This document shows, in pieces, positions 19,995 through 29,312 of a stretch of DNA of 44,998 bases. Position numbers and translations under genes: made by a program. The stretch comes from an uncultured Gammaproteobacteria bacterium (GTDB lineage Bacteria; Patescibacteriota; Patescibacteriia; Magasanikbacterales; JBBTQS01). Position 1 is the first letter of the stretch; each line of letters opens with the position of its first letter. The notes under the pieces were generated by a model, which saw only the letters and a list, made by a program, of their open reading frames with translations, was not told the origin of the DNA and did no database searches. The stretch lies in assembly GCA_964627525.1 (NCBI GenBank), contig CAZVIA010000008.1, positions 3,448-48,445 on the forward strand, written 5' to 3'.

Positions 19995-20200
19995 CATCAG
20001 CTTTTGCAGCAAGAAGGGGGGCACATGAAGAGCTGGTTGAACGAGATCACCATCCTCTGTTAGTAGGGGGTCTGCTAGCACAGGATAATTTGCTATAACT
20101 AAAAAGAGGAGGAGTTACAGCAAAAAGACAGAAGCCCGTTTACAGCTCGGGTACATTTGGAAACTTGAAGACGCAGCCTAACAGTTGCGTCTTCTTCCTT
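19995..20200 (+). ncRNA. Candidate structured small RNA, family unknown
   Basis: GC-elevated non-coding stretch between a promoter and a terminator-like hairpin (20167-20194), with several G-U-containing helices. Confidence 0.45.
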
Positions 20201-20250
20201 AAAATGATAGATTTTTGTTATGGGCTTTTATTATTTGAACTAGCCTAAAA

Positions 20251-20324
20251 GGGTGTATAGCTCAGTTGGTCAGAGCAGTCGGCTTATATCCGACAGGTCC
20301 TTGGTTCAAGTCCAAGTACACCCA
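20251..20324 (+). tRNA. tRNA-Ile (anticodon UAU)
   Basis: Cloverleaf GGGTGTA/TACACCC; anticodon arm GTCGG-CTTATAT-CCGAC with TAT at 20285-20287; T-loop TTCAAGT; CCA not encoded. Confidence 0.93.
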
Positions 20325-20338
20325 CTAAAATTTTTATT

Positions 20339-20983
20339 ATGCAAAAAACTTTTAAACTTCAAATTCTTTTTGCTCTTTTTGTTGCGCTTCTTGTTGGTGT
20401 AAATTTGATTGGCGGAAAAATTGTAGAAATTTTTGGGATTTCAGTTTCAGTTGGGATTTTTATGATGCCAGTTTTGTTTTTGATTACAGACATTGTTGAA
20501 GAAGTCTACAGCAAAAAACTTGCTTATCAATTTGTTTTGTCATCAGTGATTGCTTTAGTGGTAATTCTTGGGTTTACTCTTTTGTTTGTGTCTTTAGAAC
20601 CACACGCACGTTTTGCAGAAAAAAATCCAGCTTATGTTGAAACTTTTTCACAGTCGCTTCGTATAATAATTGCTAGTATTATTGCCTTTTTGATTTCACA
20701 AACTCATGATGTTTGGTTTTTTAATTATCTTAAGAAAAAAACTAAAGGCAAGGCTTTGTGGTTACGCAACAATGCATCAACAATTATTTCTCAAGCAATA
20801 GACACTTTGGTGTTTATGTTTATTGCATTTTATATGATCACTCCAAAGTTTGATGCAATGTTTATTTTGTCTCTAACTATCCCGTATTACTTGTTTAAAA
20901 TCTCATTTGCAGCACTAGATACGCCTTTTGTTTACTTAGGTGTTCGTTGGTTTCGTGGCAAGAAGAAAACTGGGGACAACTAA
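20339..20983 (+). CDS. Queuosine precursor transporter (YhhQ / VUT family)
   Basis: About six TM helices; FLITDIVEEVY, RIIIASIIAFLISQ..DV..F, LWLRNNASTIISQAIDT, K..FAALDTPFVY. Confidence 0.92.
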   Translation: MQKTFKLQILFALFVALLVGVNLIGGKIVEIFGISVSVGIFMMPVLFLITDIVEEVYSKKLAYQFVLSSVIALVVILGFTLLFVSLEPHARFAEKNPAYVETFSQSLRIIIASIIAFLISQTHDVWFFNYLKKKTKGKALWLRNNASTIISQAIDTLVFMFIAFYMITPKFDAMFILSLTIPYYLFKISFAALDTPFVYLGVRWFRGKKKTGDN

Positions 20984-21038
20984 CTCAAAAATATTTGGAA
21001 AAAATGGTATAATTCTTTCAGATTAAAAGATCTGAAGA

Positions 21039-24000
21039 ATGGCAATACCTTCGGGCAGAAAGCGAAAGAATCGTAAGAAAAAAACGGGCACGTTTTTGGT
21101 TTTGTTTTGCCAAAAATTATTTGGATTAAAATTTTTTAATCATAAGTTTTTTAAAAAGTTGTTCAAGATTTCAGAGAACAAAAATAATAAAAATAAAAAA
21201 CGTCGTAAAGTTCGTCGCAAAACGAAGAATACTTTTAGACGTTTTTTAAATATTCAAAAAATAGCATGGAGACTCTTAGTTTGTTTAACAGTACTAATGT
21301 GGTCCACAGCATTCAGTGTTTGGGCACCAGGATTAATAACAGACTATGCATATGGAGCAGCAATAACATGGGATGGTGGAGGAGGAGACAATGATTGGGA
21401 AGTAGCAAATAACTGGAATCCAAACCAAGTACCAACAGATGCAGATGATGTAACAATTGATGCAGACGTAACTGTTTCAACAACAGCTGCAATTTCTTTT
21501 AGCACTCTAACAATAGGTGATGGTGTACCAACAAACACTTCAATATTAGAACTTTGGCATGACATAACTTCAGGTGGAGCAATAACAATAAAAGACGGAG
21601 GTACATTTACACAATACAATACAACAGCACAAACAATTACAGGTGATTTAACAATTGAAAGTGGTGGAATATTGAATCATGGTGATACAGAAATGGGTAA
21701 TGATGAAATCGCAAAAATAGATATAACAACAACAGGATTGGATTTTCAGTCTGGGGGGATTATTAATTTAGATGAAAGGGGATTTTGGGGTGCACCAGGT
21801 TGGACACCAACTGGTTGGTATAATGATGGTTATGGTCCTGGTGGTGGTGCTGATGGTGGTGGTGGTGCTGGCCATGGTGGAAATGGGGGTGGTTCAGTAC
21901 GAGGGGCTGGAGGAGGAGGAGGGTATGGTTCAATATCTGCTCCAACTACTCTTGGTTCAGGTGGTGGGGTATATCAAGATGGAAGAGATGGTGGAGGTGC
22001 TATTAAAATAACAGTCACAGGTGGTGGAACAGCAACAATTGCAGGTTCTATCACAGCACAAGGTGGAGAAGTACCTGTTGGTGAGGGTGGTGGAGGTGGT
22101 TCTGGTGGTTCTGTTTGGATTGATTTTTCTGCAGATGGAACTTTTGCTGGAGCAGGGTCAATAAAAGTGGATGGTGGTGATGGTGATAGATCAGGTCTGT
22201 ATGTTGGTGGAGGAGGTGGAGGAGGTCGTATTGCTGTTACTGGCTGGACTTCAAATACATACACAGGTACTAATTCATATCTTGGTGGTGATACAGATGA
22301 TACTTGGGATGCAGAAGATGGTGGTGGTGGAACTCTTTTTCTTCAAGAGTCTGGTGAAAATGGTGATTTGTATATTGGTGGAGATAAGGGAAATGATAAT
22401 GATTTTTGGGGTTCACCTACTTTAGAAACTATGACTATAGATGATTTGTATTTAATAAAAGGTGCAAATTTAATAATTTCAACAAGTACAACATTTACAA
22501 TCACATCTTCAACATTTGATTTTGATACAGCAACTTCAACAGTTACTACCATAGGTACACTTAGTTTACCTGCAACATTTATTGTTCCAAATACAGTTGA
22601 ATTAGATGCATATGCAGGTGGTCTGGGTACAACAATAACCAACATGACTATTGCTGCTGGTGGTGAGTTAGAATTAGGTGGAATACCAACAACAACTCCT
22701 TATTCACAAATTACTCAATGGACAATTAATGGTGTGTTGTCTGCAAGGGCAAACACTTCAACAACAGATATTGCGCATACAGTAAATATTTTAGCTGAAG
22801 ATATTAATATTGGTGCTGGGGGGGTTGTTTATGTTTCAGGTGATGGTTATCCAGCACCTTTAAAAACAGTAGATGGGTATGGACCAGGTGCAAGTCCTTA
22901 TACTTATACAGTATCAGGTGGTGCTAGTTATGGTGGTAGAGGTGATGGGACAAATCCAGGAACTGTTTGTGGTTCAACTTCCACCCCTGCGTATGATGCT
23001 GGTTCAAGTTCAGGAGGTAGTATACATCAACCTGGTGCTGCTGGTGGTGGTGTTGTTAGTTTGGTTGCAACAGACAATATTGTTATTAATGGATCAATCA
23101 TTGCAGATGGTTTAGAAGGTCCAGATGCTTGTGGTGGTTCACCAGGTGGAGCTGCTGGTGGTGGAGCTGGTGGTGGTATTTTAGTTGAAGCAAGTACAGT
23201 AAGTGGTTCAGGATTGGTTCGTGCTGCAGGTGGTACAGGTGCATATGGTTGTGGAGCTGGTGGAGGTGGGGGTGGTCGTATTGTTTTACGTGCTTCAAAT
23301 TATACTTTTACTGGCACAACAACAACTCCACCAGGTAGAAGAGCAGCAGGAGCATCTAGTAATATTAATGGAACAACCGGTACCCCATGGGTTGCACCAA
23401 CCATTCCAGCTACCTTATTTGCAAACGACACAGATGCATCAGCAGGATTAGTTAATCCAATAGCATTAACAGACACAACACCAGTATTTTCAGCAATATA
23501 TGAACATCCATTAGATGCATATCTGGGAGACAAAGCAAGAATGCAAGTTTCAACAGATAGTGACTTTACATCAGTAACACATTGGGATTCAGGAGCAGAT
23601 GGTGTTCAATTTGCATCAACTTGTTCAGATGGAGGAAGGTGTGAAGATGTTGAATATGATAACTATGGTGATTCAGCATTATTACCACTTTCAACAGATG
23701 TTACTTATTATTGGCGCACTCGCTATTATGACGACGAAGGTGTTTGGAGTGCTTGGTCTACTACTTCAACATTCATGTTAGTTGCAGCAACAACAGACAC
23801 TGACTTAGGTCTTTCAAAAAATGTACCAAAACCACCTGATCCACCAGTAATTGACAAAGACAAAAACCCAACTGGCGCAGCTTTTCTAATTAACAATGGT
23901 GATCCAAAAACAATTTCAAAAGAAGTTGAATTAAAAATATTATTAGACAATGTTGCTGAGGTTTCATTTTCTAATACAGAAGATTTTTATGGTGCAAAAT

Positions 24001-26981
24001 GGGTTTCAATTCCAGAAGATAAAATAATGCCTTGGAAATTAGCTGATGGAGGAATAGGGCAAAAAATTATCTATGCAAAGTTTGCTACTGGTTCTGGTGG
24101 TGTTTCAGATATATATAGACAAGGTATTGAACTAGTTGATTTTTTGCCCACAGAGGTAAAAATCATTTCACCAAAACAAGATGATATACATACAATTAAT
24201 TTAACAGACCAAGATTCTGTTACATACCGATCTTTTGAAGTTCAAGGTACTGGAAAATTTAAAACAGCAACAACAACATTTACTTTGTATAAACAAGAAG
24301 TTGTTGAAGTAGATGAACCAGAATCAGTGTCTAAGAAAAGTTTTAAAGACTTGCAAGGTGTTGATGAAGCAAGTAGTGGCACAGAAACCACAGATAAATC
24401 CGGAGGTTTTAGTGGTTTGTTTGCCCAGGGAGTTAAAGAAGTAATAACTTATGTACCTTATCTTGGTGATGAAAAAACATCTTCAAAACAAATATCACCA
24501 AACTATAAACAAGATAGTGCAGAAGAAAGATGGGATTTTGTTTATGGTGATGTAACTGAAACAGGATACTACAGAATAACAGTTACAGTAACAGATAAAG
24601 AAGGAACACAATTACAAAAATTTAATCATGATTTTTATTTAACAAATAAAAACATATTAGAAGGTGAAAAAGTATTTATTATTAATGATGGTAATTTATA
24701 TAATAATACTTTTTCAACAACTGTTTTTGCACACATTCCAGACACAAAAAGTTTTAAAATATTTTTTGCAAAAAAAGAATCAGATTCTTCAATAGTTAAT
24801 CATTCCATGGACAGAGCTGAATTACTTTCACATAAAATGCCATGGGATTCAGAAATAAAATTACCAGAAGAAGAAGGTGAATATAATGTATTCATCTATA
24901 CATACAATCAAGAAGATGAAGGTTTTTATAAAACAACTGAAGAATTAATAATTGATAGAACTGCACCACAAGTTAGAACAAGAATATATCAAAAAGAAAA
25001 AGGTTTTGTGGTTAAAGGAATGACAGAACCAAACACAAAAGTACTTATTAAAAATACAAGTGATGCATTTGATGCAAAAAATGCAATTGATCGTGTATTT
25101 CCAGCAGTATATAAAAATTCATTACACATTTCAGCAACAGTAACTCAGTTTACTACATCAGATGAAGATGGAATGTTTGAAATCCCCTTCAATAACCTTT
25201 CATACGACAGATATGTTGTTGCAGTAACTGCAACAGATGATGCAGGAAATGAAAGTAATCCTGAAACACTTATTCTAACTTTAGAAGGTGAAGATAAAGA
25301 TAGTGATAGCAAAGATGATAATGATAACAATGATGGTGATGGAGATAAGGATGATAATGATGATGATACAAATGATGGAGATGCAGATGATGATGCTAGT
25401 GGTGGAGATATAGATGCAGAAGATGACACAAGTGGTGGTGATCCAGGAGACGACATAATAATTATTCCTCCCGCTTCAGGTGGCGGTCCACCAATAGGCG
25501 GTGGTCCACCTATTATTGATGTTGAGCCAGAACCAACTGAAGAACCAGGACCAGGTGGAGTAACAGAACCAGATGAAGAAGAAAAACAAAAAGAACCAGA
25601 ACCAATAACATTAAAAGAAATTACAGATACTGTTGTTAATGCAGTAAAACAAAGTACAGAAGCTGTAATAGAATTCATAGATAATCCACAAGTTGAAAAA
25701 ACAACAGAACAAATTGTTGCCCCAACTGCGGCAGCAGTTGTTGCAGTTAATGTTGGTATTGCTGTTGGAACAGCACAAACATTACCATCATATCTGTATT
25801 TAATGTTTACCCAGGTAGTTTACTTATTCCAGAAAAGAAAAAGAAAAGGTTGGGGTGTTGTATACAATGCCATTACAAAACAACCTGTTGATTTAGCAAC
25901 AGTTAGATTAGTTGATTCTGAAACCAATAAAATAAAGCAAACAAGAGTAACAGATATTAATGGACGTTTTGCATTTATTGCAAAAAAAGGAAAATACAAA
26001 CTACAAGTTACAAAACTTGGGTTTGATTTTCCAGCTGCATACATGAAAGATAAAAAAGCAGATGGAAAATATCCAAATGTTTATAATGGTGAATCAATTG
26101 ATGTTACAAACGAATCACAACAAATTGTTCCAGCACTACCATTAGATCCAAAAGATGATAAAAGAAAACCATCAGCAATTAAATCAGTAAGACTAAAAGG
26201 AACAATACAACATGGAATTGCACTTTCAGGAATAGGAATTGCAGTAATGTCTTTCATAATTCAACCAAGTATATTAGTTGGTGGAATGTTAGGAGTACAT
26301 GTTGTTTCAACATTTTTATTTAATAGATTAGCAAAGAAACTTAAACCAAAGAGTTGGGGAACAGTTATTGATTCTGAAACAAAGAAAACAATTGGTTCAG
26401 TTGTTGTTCGTCTTTTCGATAAAGAATATAACAAACTATTAGAAGCACAAGTAACTCCAAACAATGGAAGGTATGCATTCTTAGTTGGTCCAAACAAATA
26501 CTTTGTTACATTTGAAAAACAAGGATATGAAAAGAAAGAAACAGAAGCAATAGAAATAAAAGAAGAAAGTGGACTAATTGCAAATGAAGAAAGAATAAGA
26601 AAAGGAGAACATGAAATAGCAATACATGCACCTGAATACAAAGAAGAAAAAATACAAACAAAAGAAGTTCAATCACCAAAACTATTCTTAACACAAGATA
26701 CTAAACATCTTGATGTTAAAAATATTAAACATGAAATAACACAAGAAAAAGATTTAACTAAGTTAGGTAAACCAGCAGTACACACACTACACAAACCAGA
26801 AGAAATAAACTTCCAAAAACTAAAAGAATTAGCATTGTATGGAAGAGAAAAACAAGCAAGAGGTGGGCATATAGATATGAAAGAGTATGCAGAGAAGATG
26901 GGTGTAAAAGCATTGCCAGAGGCGGTAAATAAACTTAAAAATCCTGAGTCCAATAATAATCGCTCTTTTAATTCAGGATAA
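21039..26981 (+). CDS. Giant (1980 aa) surface/adhesin-like protein
   Basis: Basic N-terminus plus hydrophobic segment; WDGGGGDNDW..A.NW start; Gly-rich GGGSGGS repeats; Ig/Fn3-like beta domains; Asp-rich and Pro-rich linker; TM segments flanked by two carboxypeptidase-regulatory-like domains (WGVVYNAITKQPV; WGTVIDSETKK). Confidence 0.85.
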   Translation: MAIPSGRKRKNRKKKTGTFLVLFCQKLFGLKFFNHKFFKKLFKISENKNNKNKKRRKVRRKTKNTFRRFLNIQKIAWRLLVCLTVLMWSTAFSVWAPGLITDYAYGAAITWDGGGGDNDWEVANNWNPNQVPTDADDVTIDADVTVSTTAAISFSTLTIGDGVPTNTSILELWHDITSGGAITIKDGGTFTQYNTTAQTITGDLTIESGGILNHGDTEMGNDEIAKIDITTTGLDFQSGGIINLDERGFWGAPGWTPTGWYNDGYGPGGGADGGGGAGHGGNGGGSVRGAGGGGGYGSISAPTTLGSGGGVYQDGRDGGGAIKITVTGGGTATIAGSITAQGGEVPVGEGGGGGSGGSVWIDFSADGTFAGAGSIKVDGGDGDRSGLYVGGGGGGGRIAVTGWTSNTYTGTNSYLGGDTDDTWDAEDGGGGTLFLQESGENGDLYIGGDKGNDNDFWGSPTLETMTIDDLYLIKGANLIISTSTTFTITSSTFDFDTATSTVTTIGTLSLPATFIVPNTVELDAYAGGLGTTITNMTIAAGGELELGGIPTTTPYSQITQWTINGVLSARANTSTTDIAHTVNILAEDINIGAGGVVYVSGDGYPAPLKTVDGYGPGASPYTYTVSGGASYGGRGDGTNPGTVCGSTSTPAYDAGSSSGGSIHQPGAAGGGVVSLVATDNIVINGSIIADGLEGPDACGGSPGGAAGGGAGGGILVEASTVSGSGLVRAAGGTGAYGCGAGGGGGGRIVLRASNYTFTGTTTTPPGRRAAGASSNINGTTGTPWVAPTIPATLFANDTDASAGLVNPIALTDTTPVFSAIYEHPLDAYLGDKARMQVSTDSDFTSVTHWDSGADGVQFASTCSDGGRCEDVEYDNYGDSALLPLSTDVTYYWRTRYYDDEGVWSAWSTTSTFMLVAATTDTDLGLSKNVPKPPDPPVIDKDKNPTGAAFLINNGDPKTISKEVELKILLDNVAEVSFSNTEDFYGAKWVSIPEDKIMPWKLADGGIGQKIIYAKFATGSGGVSDIYRQGIELVDFLPTEVKIISPKQDDIHTINLTDQDSVTYRSFEVQGTGKFKTATTTFTLYKQEVVEVDEPESVSKKSFKDLQGVDEASSGTETTDKSGGFSGLFAQGVKEVITYVPYLGDEKTSSKQISPNYKQDSAEERWDFVYGDVTETGYYRITVTVTDKEGTQLQKFNHDFYLTNKNILEGEKVFIINDGNLYNNTFSTTVFAHIPDTKSFKIFFAKKESDSSIVNHSMDRAELLSHKMPWDSEIKLPEEEGEYNVFIYTYNQEDEGFYKTTEELIIDRTAPQVRTRIYQKEKGFVVKGMTEPNTKVLIKNTSDAFDAKNAIDRVFPAVYKNSLHISATVTQFTTSDEDGMFEIPFNNLSYDRYVVAVTATDDAGNESNPETLILTLEGEDKDSDSKDDNDNNDGDGDKDDNDDDTNDGDADDDASGGDIDAEDDTSGGDPGDDIIIIPPASGGGPPIGGGPPIIDVEPEPTEEPGPGGVTEPDEEEKQKEPEPITLKEITDTVVNAVKQSTEAVIEFIDNPQVEKTTEQIVAPTAAAVVAVNVGIAVGTAQTLPSYLYLMFTQVVYLFQKRKRKGWGVVYNAITKQPVDLATVRLVDSETNKIKQTRVTDINGRFAFIAKKGKYKLQVTKLGFDFPAAYMKDKKADGKYPNVYNGESIDVTNESQQIVPALPLDPKDDKRKPSAIKSVRLKGTIQHGIALSGIGIAVMSFIIQPSILVGGMLGVHVVSTFLFNRLAKKLKPKSWGTVIDSETKKTIGSVVVRLFDKEYNKLLEAQVTPNNGRYAFLVGPNKYFVTFEKQGYEKKETEAIEIKEESGLIANEERIRKGEHEIAIHAPEYKEEKIQTKEVQSPKLFLTQDTKHLDVKNIKHEITQEKDLTKLGKPAVHTLHKPEEINFQKLKELALYGREKQARGGHIDMKEYAEKMGVKALPEAVNKLKNPESNNNRSFNSG

Positions 26982-27065
26982 ACTTTAGTGGTGGTTGAGG
27001 TAACAGGGGTGGCGAAGTAGTCCGCGCCAATCCTGTTCGCCTTCGCCACTCCTGAAGGTATTGCC

Positions 27066-27100
27066 AGACACCGGCCCTTAAAAAGGCCGGTGTCTATTTT
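27066..27100. terminator. Intrinsic terminator
   Basis: AGACACCGGCC...GGCCGGTGTCT followed by ATTTTT; lies between convergent genes. Confidence 0.8.
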
Positions 27101-27119
27101 TAGAAAATAAAAATACAAG

Positions 27120-28277
27120 TTACAATCTTTTTTTAATGTATTCTGAAATTTCTCTTTGAGCTGTAATAATATCTCCAGCATTAATTTTAAATTCAACAAA
27201 ATCTTTTCCACCAACTGGATTGTATCCACTAACTAATTCTTTTGCATCAAAAGGTCTTGCTGTGTAAAGCAGTCCTTTTAACTCATCAGAAGTAGGGGGT
27301 TCATAAATCAAAACAATTATTTCAGCTTCTGGCGAAGTGGTAATAAGTTCCTCAATTATTTCAGGAAGTTCATGTTCGTGTGCTTGAGCTTTTATAAATT
27401 CATCTTTTGTAATTGATGAAGTAACAAATTTATTTGCACTATCATATTTTATATGTGAAAGTGCTGCGCCCCAAAGTTTTAAAGTTGAAATTTGTCTTTG
27501 TCCAAACAAACTGTCTATAATTTTATCTCGTTCTGCACCGAGCTCCATTAATTCTGATGCAATTGTCAAAGCCTGTGGATTAAGTGCTGTTGTTTTAAAA
27601 CTTTTTGTTTTTGCAATTATTCCTGTGAGTAAAGTTGTTGCAAGTTGCGCATCAATATCTTTTGAATTTATTTCTCTAAAAATTTTAAACAAAATTTCTG
27701 CGGTTGATGCGCTAGTAATATCAATGTGATTAATTTTTCCAAAATTTTCATTTGCAGGGTGATGATCAATTACAATTGTTGGTGTGTTATGAAACATGTC
27801 TGCGTTTTTTAAATACACATCTCCAAGCGATGCAAAATCTTGTGTATCCAAAATCCAAATACAGTCATAAAGATAATCTGATTTTTTTGCAGTGACTGAA
27901 CTTGGGTCAATCGCACTATTTTTTGGAGTTAGAAAAATTTTCAGCTGACCGTCTTGAATGTCATAACTAAGTGAATTAATTCCACTAGATTTTATGTCTG
28001 CTGTAATTACGCATTTTTGAGATGCGGGAAGTTGTGATTTGATTTTGTTTAAATTTTGCAAAAACTTTAATTGGTTTGGGGTTTTAAAATTGTTTGAAAC
28101 AACATCAACTTGTTTTCCTTGTTTTTTAAGAAAATCAACCAAAGCCAAGGCAGAAGTAATGGCATCTTTTGCTCCTAAAGAGCTTGTTGAAGATTCTGAA
28201 ACAGCCCGAAATACCACCAAGTGATGGCGGTTATTTTGAATTTGGTCAATAAGTTGCTGGACTGTTGTTTTAGCCAT
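27120..28277 (-). CDS. DHH-family phosphoesterase (NrnA-like), possibly degenerate
   Basis: IVIDHHPANENFG..N.ID..SASTAEI and ATTLLTGII; some metal-binding motifs have diverged. Confidence 0.85.
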   Translation of the reverse strand: MAKTTVQQLIDQIQNNRHHLVVFRAVSESSTSSLGAKDAITSALALVDFLKKQGKQVDVVSNNFKTPNQLKFLQNLNKIKSQLPASQKCVITADIKSSGINSLSYDIQDGQLKIFLTPKNSAIDPSSVTAKKSDYLYDCIWILDTQDFASLGDVYLKNADMFHNTPTIVIDHHPANENFGKINHIDITSASTAEILFKIFREINSKDIDAQLATTLLTGIIAKTKSFKTTALNPQALTIASELMELGAERDKIIDSLFGQRQISTLKLWGAALSHIKYDSANKFVTSSITKDEFIKAQAHEHELPEIIEELITTSPEAEIIVLIYEPPTSDELKGLLYTARPFDAKELVSGYNPVGGKDFVEFKINAGDIITAQREISEYIKKRL

Positions 28278-28454
28278 TTTTTTGCACTTTATTTTATCCC
28301 CATCCTTGAGAGAGTATTTTATAATATTTGTGTTTTTTTGTCAAACCTCGCGCTTCGCACTCGGTTTGTCAACTGCGTCGCTACGCAAAAAACAAATAAA
28401 CTTGTTTTTTTCTCCGCTCCTTGTTGTCAATTAATGTTCTACATAATACAAATT

Positions 28455-28492
28455 AAAAAAAGACCCACCTGCAATTCCTTTGCAAGCGGGTC
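28455..28492 (-). terminator. Intrinsic terminator
   Basis: Minus strand GACCCGCTTGCAA-AGGAA-TTGCAGGTGGGTC followed by a T run. Confidence 0.8.
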
Positions 28493-28496
28493 GGTT

Positions 28497-28536
28497 GGGA
28501 GAAAGCAACCTGTAATTTAGGTACGCAATATCTCCC
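28497..28536 (-). ncRNA. Dual-spacer stem-loop unit (TIGR-like candidate)
   Basis: Minus strand GGGAG-[ATA ttgcgtacc T AAAT TA caggttgct TT]-CTCCC, between the CDS stop and the terminator. Confidence 0.65.
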
Positions 28537-29171
28537 TAGTTTCCACCACTAACTGGGCAAATCATTTGCCACAATTCTGATTGGTTGCCACCACATGCAT
28601 TGATACATTCGTGGTGTCTGCAATCTTTACCGCGACAAGCCTTAAGGCATTGTTCTAACTTTGGTGAAATTTCTGACTCTTGCTGAACCTGTCCGCGGTG
28701 AACTGGTGGACGAGTCTGGTTTCCAGCTCTATGCTGAACATGACCTTTACCATTGTATTGGTTGTTGGTCTGAACACAAGGCGGACATCTTTGTCCTCCT
28801 CCTCGCATCATTGGCAATTGGCGAGGTCTGTGATGGTATGGTTGTTCGTATTCACGACTATAACCACGGTGATTGTACCCACCACCATAGCCACGACCAT
28901 AACCACCACCATACATCCTGTCATAACCAAGGTATTCATGACCAAAGTTGACTCTGTACTCTCCAAGATCACGCTGATATCTCCCCAGCGCATCTTGGTA
29001 TTTGCGTTGCTCCAAATCGCGCAACCGCATTTGCTTTTGTGCGCGTCGCATATCTGAACGTCGTGCTCTGAAGTTTTGCACAACAGGATCATGACGTGTG
29101 TCATAACGTTGTGCTTCAGCAACACCACACAGCAACAACACGAAAATTAAACTGAAAATAACACACCTCAT
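28536..29171 (-). CDS. Secreted hypothetical protein (Arg-rich helix, Gly/Tyr repeats, C-terminal Cys motif)
   Basis: Strong SD (GAGGAGG), signal peptide ending AEA, YGGGYGRGYGGGY, CLKACRGKDCRHHECINACGG; GC higher than neighbours. Confidence 0.8.
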   Translation of the reverse strand: MRCVIFSLIFVLLLCGVAEAQRYDTRHDPVVQNFRARRSDMRRAQKQMRLRDLEQRKYQDALGRYQRDLGEYRVNFGHEYLGYDRMYGGGYGRGYGGGYNHRGYSREYEQPYHHRPRQLPMMRGGGQRCPPCVQTNNQYNGKGHVQHRAGNQTRPPVHRGQVQQESEISPKLEQCLKACRGKDCRHHECINACGGNQSELWQMICPVSGGN

Positions 29172-29215
29172 AACATCCTCCTCTGGGTTGTGGGTTTGAG
29201 GTTGGGGTGATTAGG

Positions 29216-29306
29216 TGGGGAGCAACCTTCATCTAATTTAACGCGAGGATATCTCCCCATTGCTTGGTAAGCTGCACTGTAATCCAATGGCTTCCTATCC
29301 AAGCAA
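29216..29306 (-). ncRNA. Dual-spacer stem-loop array, 2 units (TIGR-like candidate)
   Basis: Minus strand TTGCTTGG-[ATA ggaagccat T GGAT TA cagtgcagc TTA]-CCAAGCAA then TGGGGAG-[ATA tcctcgcgt T AAAT TA gatgaaggt TG]-CTCCCCA. Confidence 0.72.
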
Positions 29307-29312
29307 GATCTC

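Noticed and set aside
21344..26694. Many short alternative-frame and antisense ORFs within the giant gene (likewise within other long CDSs)
   Set aside because: Shadow ORFs arising from codon bias and low-complexity Gly/Asp/Thr sequence; no independent motifs or start signals.
27004..27054. GC-rich hairpin as SRP (4.5S) RNA or as another dual-spacer unit
   Set aside because: It lacks the SRP helix-8 GGAA tetraloop and AGCAG motif, and its 23-nt loop does not fit the ATA-N9-T-N4-TA-N9-T frame.
26669..27229. 186-aa minus-strand ORF
   Set aside because: Antisense to the giant gene and crosses a terminator; its AIPSG segment simply reflects the inverted repeat reported above.
29080..29092. ACAACAGGATCAT matches 13 contiguous nt of spacerA+revcomp(spacerB) of the unit at 17997 (AACAACAGG-ATCATCGTT): a possible self-target in the secreted-protein gene
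   Set aside because: Only 13 of 18 positions match. With ten units and several possible arrangements, a chance hit in 45 kb is plausible. My search was by eye and not exhaustive.
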